64,000 nucleotides of DNA, taken from NCBI RefSeq assembly GCF_000143415.4, contig NW_003314264.1, forward strand, positions 3,585,229 through 3,649,228, written 5' to 3'. Shown here one piece after another: positions 35,201 through 47,690 of this stretch. The notes under the pieces are model-generated. The model searched no databases, was not told the origin of the DNA, and was given only the letters and a program-made list of their open reading frames with translations. This DNA comes from Selaginella moellendorffii. Lineage: Eukaryota; Plantae; Lycopodiophyta. The first letter of the stretch is position 1, and each line of letters starts with the position of its first letter. The position numbers were made by a program, and so were the translations under genes.

Positions 35201-37647
35201 TTGCGCTGACGAGTTGCGTGAAATACGGCAGGCGCGGAAACTCTACTTCTCTGAACTTCGGCGCAGGTACATCTCGGTGATGATCTCGAAACGAACTAAC
35301 TACATTACAGACACGCAGAAGCGAAGTCAAGAAAAATGGCAGCTTTGGAGGTCATCCGTTCCCTGGATTTTCCAAACAATCCTTTAGATGATATTATTGA
35401 TCAGGTGCTCCCGTCCGAAGCGTCTTAACGGAAGTCACTCTTTGTTTATTGTCTCAGCTCGGAGGTCCCGATTGCGTAGCCGAGATGACTGGACGTAGGG
35501 GAATGTTAGTCCGTGCCTCAAATGGCAAAGGTGTCGTCTATCAAGCTCGAAATACGTAAGTCTGCTTAGCACTTTTGTATTTTGAACATAGTTTGTTTTA
35601 GGAAGGATGTTCCGATTGAGATGATAAACATGCACGAGAAGCAGCAGTTTATGGATGGGAAGAAACATATTGCCGTTATTTCTGAAGCTGCTTCTGCTGG
35701 TATATCTCTGCAAGCTGACCGTCGAGCAATCAATCAGGTTGGATTTTTGGACCGTGTCATTTCGTATAATCATCTGTTCCTGTAGCGTCGAAGAGTACAC
35801 GTTACGCTAGAACTGCCATGGAGTGCCGATCGGGCGATTCAGCAGTTTGGCAGGACACATCGGTCGAATCAAGCTTCTGCTCCACAATACAGGTGTTTGA
35901 AATAATAGCTAACACGATTCTCACATTGCGTTTTTCACAGGCTGCTCTTTACAAACCTTGGTGGAGAACGTCGATTTGCGTCCGTAGTGGCCAAGCGCTT
36001 GGAAACACTTGGCGCACTCACTCAGGGGGATCGTCGGTGTGTACATTTTTGAAATTGAAACAGTTCTCTATTAACAGTGCTTTTCACATCAGAGCTGGTC
36101 CGTCACTGAGTGCGTTTAATTATGACAGTGCTTATGGGAAGAAAGCGTTATCTATGATGTACAAATCTGTCATGGAACAGGTATGAGTTTCTTTCAACTA
36201 TTCAGTATTTTACTACTTTCTTTCAGGTTGATTTACCCGTGCTTCCACCTGGTTGCACTTCTGGTAACAAGGAGGTGGTGAGAAATTTTCTCATGGAAGC
36301 AAGGGCTGTGTTGCTAGCTGTGGGGATAATTCGTGACGCATTTCCAAGTGAGACTTTGTTATTTTAGATCTTGTTTTCTATAATTGCATCTATGGCAGTG
36401 GACTCCGAGGATAGGCGGCCATCTGGAAGAATCGCCGAGGGTGATATGCACGATGTAGCGCGCTTTCTGAACCGACTTCTAGGTGTTCCACCGGATGTGC
36501 AAAATTGGTACGACTGTTTCGTATAATCACAGTTTTGAGGTTGGATATGCAGGCTATTTGAGTACTTCGTTACTATTTTTGACGAGCTCATTCACGATGC
36601 TCGCAAGGAGGGACAATTTGATTCCGGAATTGTCGATATCAAAGCAAGAGTTATCGAACTACAGGGCCTACCAAAGGTAAACTGTTCGCCGTGGTCATCG
36701 CACTTAGTATCTTTGGTGGTATTTATGCAGACAGTTCATGTTGACCGGATGTCAGGAGCTCCTACTACACATTCTGTGCTTTTGATTGATCGGGGTTTAA
36801 CATTTGAGGTAAGCTTCTTTAATTGCTGCATATACTTAACCCTTTCTGATAGGCCGCATGTCTAGAGTTGGAACGTGCGAGCGGCAAAGATAAATTTGTA
36901 GATAATGGATTTTACAAATCCAAGCGAGAATGGCTTGGTCGGATACACTTTCTGCTAGCAATTGAAAGGTAATTTGACTTTGGGGAGCTTGCATTGTTTC
37001 TGAAACACATGTCTAGGACGGTCTACTGCCCCGTGCTTTTAAAATTCTTCGTCCTTCTACCGGGGAAGCCTTAAGGTAATTGCTGGTTTTGTTAAAGCTG
37101 CTGAAGAGTTTATTGTAATGCAGAGAAATGCCATCTACAGAACTCTTTGCTAAGTATGAGAAAGTGAACCTCAACGATCAAGTAAAAGAAGGATGGATAC
37201 AGGATTACACATTGTCTGCTCAACAGGTAACTATTAAGAACGATACTCATAATTCTCAATGCTGTTATTTGGTTAGTGTACCCACGGACCACAATGCAAG
37301 CTTGGAGCTGCATGCACTGTCGGGAAACGCGTACAGGAAGTCCATATTCTCGGGGGTTTGATACTTCCCGTTTGGGGCAGCGTGGAAAACTCCCTTGCAA
37401 AGCAGGTATGTTGACACAATATTCAGAAGACCTTGAGACTCACTTGAGCTGCAGGACCGGGCTGCTCACCGGAGATTGAGAGTCGCCCGGTTAGAAACAA
37501 CATCCTCTGACAGGACGAGGGTCGTGGGCCTCCATATTCCAACTATTGCAATTAACGCCGTCTTAGAAGGTGTCTAACATTGTTTCAATGTTTAACGTAT
37601 TGATTTTGTGCTTGTATTTTGCAGGCCTGGGATGGCTGCAAAACTAA
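32262..37647 (+). CDS. FGT1: FORGETTER1 / Strawberry notch homolog (N-terminal Zn ribbons, helicase-like domains, PHD finger), many exons
   Basis: [75 protein letters not shown]. Confidence 0.92.
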
Positions 37648-38384
37648 TCTTAAGGTATACAGGTCAAAGTTTTTACTCTGACAGGAACATAGTTTTTGGA
37701 CTCATTTGCCATAGAGCGCCTTATTTGGTGGAGACATCGTACAGTGAAGTGCTAGAGTCAAATTCCTCGTCTCATATCCCATATGCCCTGCAAACCTAAC
37801 AACGTCTTTCTCCACACCACCATTCCCTTTGAGCGCCAAGTGAACAGTAACATAACCTGGTGAAATTAACTTACAGATAATCCTCATCTTTTTCTCCTTT
37901 AAAACTCAGGACATCTTCAGCTTCTCATCAGTGCCTTGGTTCATCATCCAGGAGCACTCAATCACAGCATCAGTTCAACTTTTGGTACTGTGGTCACTAA
38001 ACGAATAATAGTTGCAGATCCTTTTCCTCCCTTTGCTTGCCTCCACAAACTGTGATGTAATTGGCTTCCACCTTTCACATTCAGTTCTTGCGGGATGCGT
38101 GACACTCATGGGGATTGGGCATTACAGGGTTGACATGCTTGAGAAGTGTGTGGACATGAGCATAATGCTTCCAGACATCACTGGTTGTGGAGAAACTCGC
38201 CAAGACCGCAGTTTAGCCTTTTCGTTAACAGATCAAGGTGTATGTTCTTTTGGTGAGATGGCTGCGAGGAGCTCTGTGATTGGTTATGATCGCTGAACCA
38301 TGCCTAAACCCTAATCTTTTTTCCAAATAACCGAATAAGAATGTTCTTTGGATAAGTGAAAGCGTAACTAGGGTTTAGCAGGCC

Positions 38385-39075
38385 ATGGCGATCTTGTACT
38401 TTGATGGCGCATGCTCGGGCAACGGTACCGGAAACACGGTGGCTGGCTATGGTTTCGTGCTGGTGAGTAAAAAAGGTAACGTGATCTTCGAGGGCTCCGA
38501 CTTCTTTGCATTCGGCACCACAAGCAACCAAGCCGAGTACAGAGGCCTGATTGCGGGTTTGCAAAAGGCACAGGACCTGGGTATTCGCAACATCCACATT
38601 CGAGGGGATTCAGAGCTCGTTGTGAATCAGGTTCTTTGTTTTCGTTTTCCCTGTTCTTTGGACCCGTTGGTTTTCGTTGTAGGTGTTGCAACGTTGGAGG
38701 ACCAGAAACCCATTACTCCAGACGTGCTTAAACTACGTTCACCAGCTTTTGGAAGGAACAAGATGGGAAATTGAACATGTTCCTCGTGAAAGTAATCGAC
38801 ACGCAGATTCGCTTGCACGCCAGGGCCTGTGCAAGACCCAGGAAGATTACTCGTATGGAAGAGAAGAAATCGTACTGAATTGCCAGGAAGAGGACAGTGC
38901 CTGGCTGTACGTGTTGAGCCAACGTGTGCACGGATACTGGAGAATACGCTACATTCTGGATGTTCTTCAAGAGGAGGTCCCACACGTTTTCAATCAAGTT
39001 CTGGATCGAGCCGATGAACTACAGAACGAGGAGGATCCTGAATGTTGTACAACATGTCTTCTGGTTATGTCCTAA
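38385..39075 (+). CDS. Ribonuclease HI-like protein (archaeal/RVT_3 type); exons 38385-38630, 38683-39075
   Basis: YFDGA, TSNQAEYRGLI, IRGDSELVVNQ|V, HVPRESNRHADSLA: all four acidic catalytic residues present. Confidence 0.88.
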
Positions 39076-39216
39076 AGCACATAAAGCTTGGTCGCTTTGC
39101 TGTAGTTTCTGGTACAAGGTTGATCATCAAAGTTCAATTGACAACGAAGGGCCTGCAAGACATTGCGCAAGGAACTCAGTTATGTAAGATTCCTATATAA
39201 GCACGCCCGAATATGA

Positions 39217-40010
39217 TCATCCAAAACTTAACAATAAAGGAAACATCGCTTCAGACTGCGAGAGTTTTCTTCTTTTCTTCAGTGGATTTCGGGGAATTTG
39301 TCGCAATCGTGGGCGTGCTTGCTGGAGCTCCACCTCCCGACGTCGCCGTCCCAAAGGGTGTGCTAATCGGCGGCGCCGTAAAGGAAGTGCTTGCTCCTCC
39401 GCCCAAAATCGGCGCCGCCGTGGCTCCTCCGCCAAAAATGGACGACGGCGCTCCTCCTCTGCCAAAAATTGTCCGCATGGGGTGCTTGCTTGCACCGCTG
39501 GAGCTCCGGAAGTATTCGGTGTGAAGAGCAAGGGCGGGAAGGCTGACGACGTTTTCTTGCTCTTGAGATGCGCCGCCACCTTTTCGAGCACCGGATTGGA
39601 GCCACTGTTCGTCCCCAGCACCAGTGTCAGGAGCTCGCCGACGTTGCTCTCCTTCTCCCGATCCATCATCAGCCCCTTAATCTCGCCCAAGAGCCTGTGA
39701 TCCTCCACGCCCAAGTGGAGCTTCAGAGTCCTCTTGAGCATCTGGAAGCCGCTCGCGTCCATGGCCGCGTAGAAATCGATCCGGCCTGGCAGCCCGGGAA
39801 GACGGTGTCCGGCTTGGATTTGCTGGCAATTGATCCCATGAACACAGATCACTGCCCTCCTAGATTGCCATGAGCTCGCCACCAAGCCAGTGTAAACATT
39901 GTAGCTGAGCTTGTTGGCTATGGCGGCCATAAGCTGCTCGTTGCCACTTGCCTGGCAGCCGAAGACAAGGTAGCTCCTCTTTTATGCCTTCCTAATGTTC
40001 CCAAAGTCTA
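39217..40010 (-). pseudogene. Degenerate BCS1-like AAA-ATPase fragment
   Basis: A*KRSYLVFGCQASGNEQLMAAIANKLSYNVY (decayed WKRGYLLYGPPGTGKSS..AAMAN), no Walker B, PGRIDF..HLGVEDHRLLGEI. Confidence 0.7.
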
Positions 40011-40495
40011 AATATTAATAGAGATCATAAGGTGAAAGCTCCACCAAAAGTATAATAAAGATAAATTATACAATTTCATTAGATACTAACTTGTTTTATA
40101 TAATTGAAAGAACTCTTGATTATAATTTTTGTTCTCAAGATTGGCCTTGTTAATAGTGCTAATGTTACTCACATCATCCACTTGCTTTTTACTTCTCATC
40201 AAAACCTTCCCACAAACACCTTGGCTAGCTTCTGCTTCCATGGAGCAATTCAGGAATTAACACGTGGCAGCTTTTACCTGTTGACACTTAGCTAACACGT
40301 GGCAGAAAATAGAATATATGTCGTACAGTTAATTCGTTTCTTTTGCACAGAAAAAAGAATGGAGAGCGCCTGCATTGTCCTTTGCTACTTTGGAGATTGA
40401 CAAAGCATCCAGGTAGTGGAAGGATGACTTCAACAAGGACTTGAATCTTAACGTAATACTCAAGCTTGAGGCCATACTTTGGCTTCCCTTGTAGA

Positions 40496-42496
40496 TTATG
40501 GTAAGTTTGCTAGCTGCAAGTTCGATTGATCCTGTTTGGAATGCCGAATTCTTCGTTTGCCGAGCACAGAATAGGCATTTGCGAGCAAGACGTAGGCAGC
40601 TGCATTCTTGGGATCCAAATCTAGCAGGCTTCTCGCGGCGCCTTGTCCAAGCCGGAGATCATTGTAGCTTCTGCAAGCTCCCAGCAAGCACGTCCACTCC
40701 AAGGCGTCGGGAACGAAGGGCATGCTGTGGAGAAGATCTCTAGCTTCCGAAAGATATCCTGCCCTGCTCAGGAGATCGACCATGCAACAGTAGTGCTGCT
40801 TGGACGCCGCCAATCCATAGTCGAGCCTCATGGAGATGAACCAGCAGCGACCAAGATAAACTTTCCCCCCGTGGCTGCAAGCCACGAACGCCGCCAGGAA
40901 GCAAACGTCGTCCGAGAAGTCGATCGAGTCGAAGAGCTCCAGAGCTGCGGCGTAGTGCCCCTTTTGGACGTAGACCACTAGCAGAATCGTCCACGAGACA
41001 AGGCTCCGTTCCGGCATCTCATCAAACACTTTCTTCGTGGATTCCACTAATCCGGCATGGGCATATGCCGAGAGCATCACGTTCCACGACACTGAGCTCC
41101 TCAGTGGCATCTCGTTGAACGTTCTCACGGCCTCCTCAAGATGCCCATTCTCGGCATATGCCGCGAGCATTGCCGTCCAGGATACCAAGCTGTGTTGTGG
41201 CATCTGGTCAAAAGCGTGCTTGGATTCCTCGAGCCTTCCTCTGCGGGCATACGCGACGGTCAACGCAGTCAGCGAGACGAGATCGACACGCGGCATGCGG
41301 TCGAAGAGATCCTCGGCTTCCCGCAGATGCCCGTTTTTGGCATACACTGCGAGCATAGCGTTCCACGAAACTACGTCTTTCTCGGGCATTTCGGAAAAGA
41401 TGCGTTTAGCAAATTTCACATTCTCTTCATGGGCGTAGGCAGTCAGCATTGTACTCCACGAGACGAGGTTGTGCTCGGGCATGACGTCGAAAAGCCTCTT
41501 GGCCTGCAGTACATGCCCGCTCGAGGCATATGCCGACAGCATAGAGTTCCAAGAGAAGAGATTCCCGTTTGGCATGGATTCGAATATCCGCCTGGCCTGT
41601 ACGACAGCGCCGCATTGTCCGTAAGCGTGAAGCATTGCCGTCATGGCAACGAGATTATGCTGTGGCATCGAATCGAAGGTTCTCTTTGCTGCCTCCAAAT
41701 GCCCAGTAGTGGCATATGCTGATAGCATCGAAGTCCAGGTTACAATGTCTCTCTCCGACATTTCGTCAAACATTCTCTTGGCCGATTCGAGATCTCCACG
41801 CTGCGTGAAAACGTCCAAGATCGCCGTGGAGGAGACCCTCTCGTGTTCCGGCATCTGGTCAAAGATAAGCTCGGCTTGATCCAGATGCCCATGACGAACA
41901 TACACTGCGAGCATCTCGTTCCACGCAACCAGATCTCTCTGGGGCATTGAATCGAAGAAAATTCCAGATTCTAGCAGCAAATCCTTGCATGAGTACGCTG
42001 TGAGCATCGCGCTCCAGGACACTAGCGTTTTCTGCGGCATTGATTCGAAGACTCTCTTGGCCTCTTCCAGATGCCCCATGGCGGCATACGCCGACAGCAT
42101 CGCGTTCCAGGCGACGAGATCCCTCTGTGGCATTCCGTCAAAGAGCTCCCTGGCATGGATCCATCGCCCGTGCCTGGAGTTTGCCGCCAGCATCGTCGTC
42201 CAGGAGATCAAGCTCTTCCTCGGCATGGCATGGAAGATCGCCTCCGCCTCGGCTAGGCTCCCGTTCCTCGCGTAAGCGCACAGCATCAGGTCCCAGCTCA
42301 TCGAGTTCTTGGCGACGATCCTCTCGAACACCGCCCTCGCGTTCTTGGCGCTCCCACACTTGCCGTGCATCTCGATCAGCTTGTTGGAGACGAAGGGATC
42401 GAGCCGGAGCGAGAAGGGGATGCGATCTTCGATGCTCCTGGCGGCGGGGGCTGTCCGGCAAGACCGGATGAGCGCAAGGCATTGCTCGCGATCCAT
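40496..42496 (-). CDS. PLS-class PPR protein with E domain, no DYW
   Basis: 666-aa intronless ORF; S-type repeats; HYCCMVDLLSRAG...WTCLLGACRSY. Confidence 0.93.
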   Translation of the reverse strand: MDREQCLALIRSCRTAPAARSIEDRIPFSLRLDPFVSNKLIEMHGKCGSAKNARAVFERIVAKNSMSWDLMLCAYARNGSLAEAEAIFHAMPRKSLISWTTMLAANSRHGRWIHARELFDGMPQRDLVAWNAMLSAYAAMGHLEEAKRVFESMPQKTLVSWSAMLTAYSCKDLLLESGIFFDSMPQRDLVAWNEMLAVYVRHGHLDQAELIFDQMPEHERVSSTAILDVFTQRGDLESAKRMFDEMSERDIVTWTSMLSAYATTGHLEAAKRTFDSMPQHNLVAMTAMLHAYGQCGAVVQARRIFESMPNGNLFSWNSMLSAYASSGHVLQAKRLFDVMPEHNLVSWSTMLTAYAHEENVKFAKRIFSEMPEKDVVSWNAMLAVYAKNGHLREAEDLFDRMPRVDLVSLTALTVAYARRGRLEESKHAFDQMPQHSLVSWTAMLAAYAENGHLEEAVRTFNEMPLRSSVSWNVMLSAYAHAGLVESTKKVFDEMPERSLVSWTILLVVYVQKGHYAAALELFDSIDFSDDVCFLAAFVACSHGGKVYLGRCWFISMRLDYGLAASKQHYCCMVDLLSRAGYLSEARDLLHSMPFVPDALEWTCLLGACRSYNDLRLGQGAARSLLDLDPKNAAAYVLLANAYSVLGKRRIRHSKQDQSNLQLANLP

Positions 42497-42573
42497 CCAT
42501 CGAGAACAAGGATGATCCTAAATCTCAGCCATTGGAAAAGAATATCCGATCCCTTTGAATCTCAGCCGTGGAT

Positions 42574-44105
42574 CTACACCCAGAAGGCGAGTAATGACAT
42601 TAAGGTAGCTCCAGTGAAGAGCGAGAGCAACGACAGCGTTTGCAGCCTGTGGTCACACCTCATTCTTTTGCTGAGAAAATCCGCTGCGATGAGATTTACA
42701 AGCGCCATGTACACTAGAATCCCCGCTGACACCGAGTAGAACACCCCCTCCACCACCAAAGCTTTTACGCTTTTTGGATTGTACACTTCCGAGATCCCAA
42801 TTCCAATGGCTATTCCACCCGGAGTCGTGATCGCGAAGAACACTGCCATGATTACCACGGACAGCGGCTTGAAACCGGCCTGTGGAGTTCTGGAATTTGA
42901 GAAAGAATTGAGGGAAGAAAGGGAGATTTTACCTGAGAGATACATCCTCCAAGCGCAAATCCCTCGAAGAACTGGTGAAACGAGAGTGCCCCTAGGAGTG
43001 GCCTGATCGTGCATGGGCTTTGCGAAACACCCAGGGACAAGCCGATGATGATCGAGTGTGTTATGATACCGAGCTCCAGCACCTAGAAACTCTTCGAATC
43101 AATCTCAAGGAAACGGAAGGAAGCGAACGCAAACTTACTTGCGAGATGATGATATGCCGGATGCGAGCAAACTCGTCGTCCTCGTCACTGAAACTGGCAG
43201 AATGCGCGTGCCCGAGGTGCTCGAAACCGAGTTCCTTGCCGTGTAGTCCCTGAGGATGGCTGTGACTGTGAGAGGCAGCGTGAGCGTGCATCCCAACAAT
43301 GTGAAGCTTGGGTTGGGAGCCATTACTCTCGGCCCCTGCTTCCACGTCCAAGTCTTGGTCCTCCAGCGAGCTTGAACTTGCGTGCTTATGGTGCCTTCTC
43401 TCGAAAAACCCCGTGCTGAGAAGATCCACCACCAAAGTTGCCATGGCTGAGAACATCGCTATGAAGCCTCCAAACGGGAACCTCTTCCACGGTATCTCGG
43501 GCAGGCACTCGCTCTGGAGGACCAGCATCGCGTCGGGGAGGATGTGCACGAAGGCCGTCGCTAGAATCACTCCCGCCGCCAGAGCCTTGGCAATGAGGAA
43601 GAACCCACGGTCCGTCCTCAAGCACGTCAACCTCTTGCCGAGAAGTGGCAGAGCTACGCCCATAACGCCGGTTACCAGGATCGTCACCATCGCCAAGATC
43701 TTAAGGAACAGTGCCTCCCCTTCGTTCCGACAACCACCATCGCCGTCACTCTCGCACATAGCCGCGGCTGCTGTTCTCACTGTACCTGGTTGGAATCGAA
43801 GAAAAAAGAAAGAAAAAGAAGTGAGTCCACGCACGGGTTTTCAAAGGCTAGTCTAAGGAACGCTCAGCGGGAATCCTAAAGCTTCGCGAGAGCGGCATAG
43901 CATAGCGTTAAGCAATTTCAGTACCTGCAGCGTCGAGAATTCTCTCCGGGAGGTTTAGCAGGCAAGGCCCGAGCACTCGCAGCAAGATATTTGACGGAAG
44001 ACTTATCATTTTCTCCTCCCCTAAGTTAAATTTGTTCCTTGGAGAGCGACGCACACCTCTAAGCAGTCGCTACCAAAAAGACGTGAAAGTCTCACCTGAT
44101 GTCAT
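42574..44105 (-). CDS. ZIP: ZIP family Zn/Fe transporter (ZIP4/IRT3-like); 5' exons approximate
   Basis: [20 protein letters not shown], His-rich loop [51 protein letters not shown]. Confidence 0.92.
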
Positions 44106-44520
44106 CACGCACCAAAGCGATCGGCCAATTCCTACCTGAGGAAGGGGAGAGACAAAGGAAAAAGGATAAGGGATAAGGGAGGTGTGAGAAAGAGCTTCCG
44201 CAATGGAGTCATTCTTCCTACCAGCGATCATCCCATCGTCGCCACGATCCCTTCCTTCTTTCCCACTTCAATAATCCGCGCGCTGCACAGCATTCCTGGA
44301 CTCGCAGCCCCCGGCGGCGTGAAAATTTCAAGAAGGAAGGCGCCGATTCTCCAAAGATTTACCTCGTTTGATCAAGCGCTGGCGCGCTCCAGCTGCGCAG
44401 CGAATCGCTCCGCTCTCTCTGGCGACGAGCGCATTGTAGCACACTTGGTTGCGTGCCCTCATTGTAGCGCGGCTTTAAACTTTTAGAGCTCGGAAGGCCG
44501 CACGTCCACGCGCCGGCAGA

Positions 44521-44530
44521 ATGTCGACAC
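44521..44530. promoter_or_regulatory. Zinc deficiency response element (ZDRE, RTGTCGACAY)
   Basis: Exact ATGTCGACAC about 0.4-0.5 kb upstream of the ZIP start. Confidence 0.75.
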
Positions 44531-44793
44531 TCTCTCTTTTATTTTTGGCTTGTACGGAATCACACTTATCCACTAATCGAACCCTCACTATACACAGTAG
44601 CAGCCTATCGCTTGGATTGGATTGTTCGCATCATCCTGTATGGAAAAAGGAGGAGCAAAACAAACAACTTAGCTCAGCCATGCGTTTGGAATCGATCGTA
44701 CCTCGAAAGAAGGCCAAAGTTTTTGGAGGATGGATGGTACTACAAGCCTGTTCTTTCAGTGCCGGCCCGTGATCGCAGGAGAAAGGAGATCAC

Positions 44794-46507
44794 TCACTCG
44801 TGATGGCAGTCCTCGACGCTGAAGTCCTCGTACAGGAGCACTCCCTCTGACGAGTAGTGGAGGGAATAGTAGCAGCTGTCGCAGAAGAAGCAGGGATTTG
44901 ACGGGGCGAGCTTGTCGTCGCGGACGATCTTCCTGGCCCGGTACACGGAGCAAATGCTGCACTTGCGGTAGCGGAGGCGAGGGAGGAATCTGAGCACCGG
45001 ATAAGTTGACGGACTCCGAGCATCGTCTTCATGGATCAATCTCATGTCTCGAATCACGAACACATGCTTGCAATCGCCCTGTGAAGACAGACATCCATTA
45101 AGTCAGGTGAAAGAAGAAAGAAAGTACTTGCCTGATGGCAGTAGAGGTACTTGGACCCCAGCTTAAAGTTGAGATCGCGAAAGTGCGTTTCTGCCATGTT
45201 CGCCTTTTTAAATGAGGGAAGCTTTGAAAGCTTGCTCCTCGAGCGCCTCGTCTGTCGAGCATCGTCTTGTTTCGCTATCCAGCTGATTATGTTTTCACTG
45301 TAATCGACGGCGTCTGGGTGTCGCATGTCATTGTAGAATACATCCTGTGCAGCAATGTCAGCTCGACAGACACCAAAAAAGAGTTTTAAACCATCGAACC
45401 TCTATAAGTAAGTATCCCGACGGAGATGCCACCCTCTTTTTTCTCGCCAGCTCGTCCGTCAGACAGTGGAGTTGATCCCTGAATTCACAAAGCGACTGTC
45501 TACCAAGAACAACCAGCTCTTGAATCTGTATTTTTCTCCGATGTTAGAAGGACCAGAAAAGAGAGATGGCGACATACCTTCAAATTTGTCCCATTGTGGA
45601 AATCTATCGAGATTAAAACTTCACCACCAGGGGCTATTTCGTTGCCCTCAGTCAAAGATAACGGCGAGGTTGGCTGCAGGAAAAGCTTAAGTACTTCGTT
45701 TACGTTTTAGAACTCTGATTTACCTCTTCTATCAGTGAAGTCACAAACCTCAATGGACCAGCAGTTCGAAGCCTTCTGCCGAAGCGTCTGGTATCACCTT
45801 GCGCTTGAGTTTCAGTCACACTGGAGAGAAAGAAGAAAGAGCAATCAGTACTTGCGCTGGAACACCCAGAGAAATATTACCGGAGCGAATGCAGGGTGGC
45901 AGCCGCATTTGCCTTCGCTGTGTTTCGCTCTTCGATCAGCCTGTGAAGCATGCTTTCGACTTGAGGATCCTGAATACAATTCATACCAAAGCATGAGAAT
46001 ACAAAAGAGAAGAAAACGAAAACGGTTACCGTTTGCAAGGTCGCTCTAGAGAGTCCATCGCAAGGTCTCCCAGTTCTTGCACCTCTTCGTCTCCTCTCCG
46101 ATTGTGCAAGTATACTGGCGTGGTTCGTGAGACAGATTTCTCGCTACGAAAAGAGGTGTAAAGGGGGAAGAAATCAAAACAAGTGACTTACCGTAGACGT
46201 GTTCTCAACAGCTATGTTGATGAGATCGTCGGGGCTAAGAAACTTGAGATCGTCCACCCTTCAGGAAAACAAAACACTCTGAGCACACGAGATTTCTTTC
46301 ATCCTACCTTATTTGTTCATCCATTTCCATACATTCGTCGCCAATCTCTGCTTCCAAAGCCTGGTAAGCGCCAGTCATAAGAAAAAAAAAATTAACACAA
46401 AGCGATCGCACCTCGAGCAGCGCTTTGCACGAGCTATGGTACTCGGCCACTGAGACCAGCGGCGATTCGTAGCCTAAGACGTCGAGAGGGCCTCCGCGGG
46501 CACCCAT
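44794..46507 (-). CDS. SRD2: snRNA-activating protein complex subunit 3 (SNAP50/SRD2-like), multi-exon
   Basis: RGGPL N-terminus; YLYCHQ|GDCKHVFVIRDMRL; CSICSVY..PSNPCFFCDSCYYSLHY. Confidence 0.88.
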
Positions 46508-46565
46508 TGCTCGCCAAAACCCTAATGACTGACTCAAGAACCCTAAAAACAGAGAATTCTCTTTT

Positions 46566-47690
46566 TCATTTATTTATTGGCTGCCTTTGGTTTTGGTTTC
46601 CATTTTCTATGTCGGTTTGGGCCTGATTCGGGACGCCAAGCTCTTCCTCAGTGATCAAGCCGCGTTCCTGATCTATCGGGAATTGCTGCCTGTAGCACAA
46701 CGCCCCAACGACCAAACCTGTGAAAGAGCCACGGCCGTGAGAAACTTTGGCAAAATGGAAGAACATAGATTGGTACCAATGACTGCTCCAGCGACGACAT
46801 CACTCCAGTGGTGCCAGTAGTCATTCATAATCGAAATGGCAACCAAGGTGGCTCCAACGAGAGGAAGCGCGGCGATCACAAACTTGATAATGCGACCCCT
46901 GTGACCAGCAAACTTGATTCTACCTGCGAGGTACCATGACAAGTATCCCAACCCCGCGAAAGACCCTGTGAAGAACAAATGATCGTTTTGAGCTCCCTTG
47001 CGACGTAGGGAAAAGAAAAAGGAAAACTTACAGGAAGCGTGACCACTTGGGAAGCTCTTGTAGCCTTGACGAACTTCGCCTGCCGAGCCAGTGCAAGCGA
47101 CGTCTCCAGAGATTGGCTTGAAATGCTAGAAGCAAGAACCAACAAGGATTTACCTCGAGACTCTAGAAATTCCAGGAAACAATACCGGAACGCCGTCTGG
47201 AAAGCATCTCCAAAAGAAGTCTGGCCGGGGTCGGCCCGTCAAGTTCTTCAAGGAATCGGTGATCACGGAGGTGATGATAACCGTGAAGAACAAGCCTGGA
47301 TCGATAGGAGAGAGATATGAGAACTTAAAAGCTAGAAAAAGCTCTTACCAAGAATCGCATGATGCAAATCACGGGTGTTCCTCTTGAAGACATAGTAGCC
47401 AAGAATGAATAGAAGAGGAATCGCGAACGATATCACCTGATCAGAATGGAACTTAGCGAGAAAGCAAGTAAAGATCCCTCTTTTCTTACCACAAGCGCCG
47501 CGATTGGGACCGTGAAGCTCTTCACCGGGAACCTGAGATCATTGATCATGTACTCGTTCATGTACCTCCTGAAGGGATGGATCACTTTGAGCAAAAGCAA
47601 CTCGAAGATGGCCAGAGCAATGAGAATCGCCCAGTCGTGAGCATGGTGTCTCAACAAGCAATGTCTCCATCTCAGGGTGCGATCGCTCAT
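46566..47690 (-). CDS. LPP: Lipid phosphate phosphatase (PAP2/LPP), multi-exon
   Basis: HAHDWAIL, KNLTGRPRPDFF, KSFPSGH, DYWHHWSDV. Confidence 0.88.

Noticed and set aside
37700-38300. Purine-biased minus-strand segment that looks like decayed coding or TE sequence
   Set aside because: Multiple stops and no motif I can identify.
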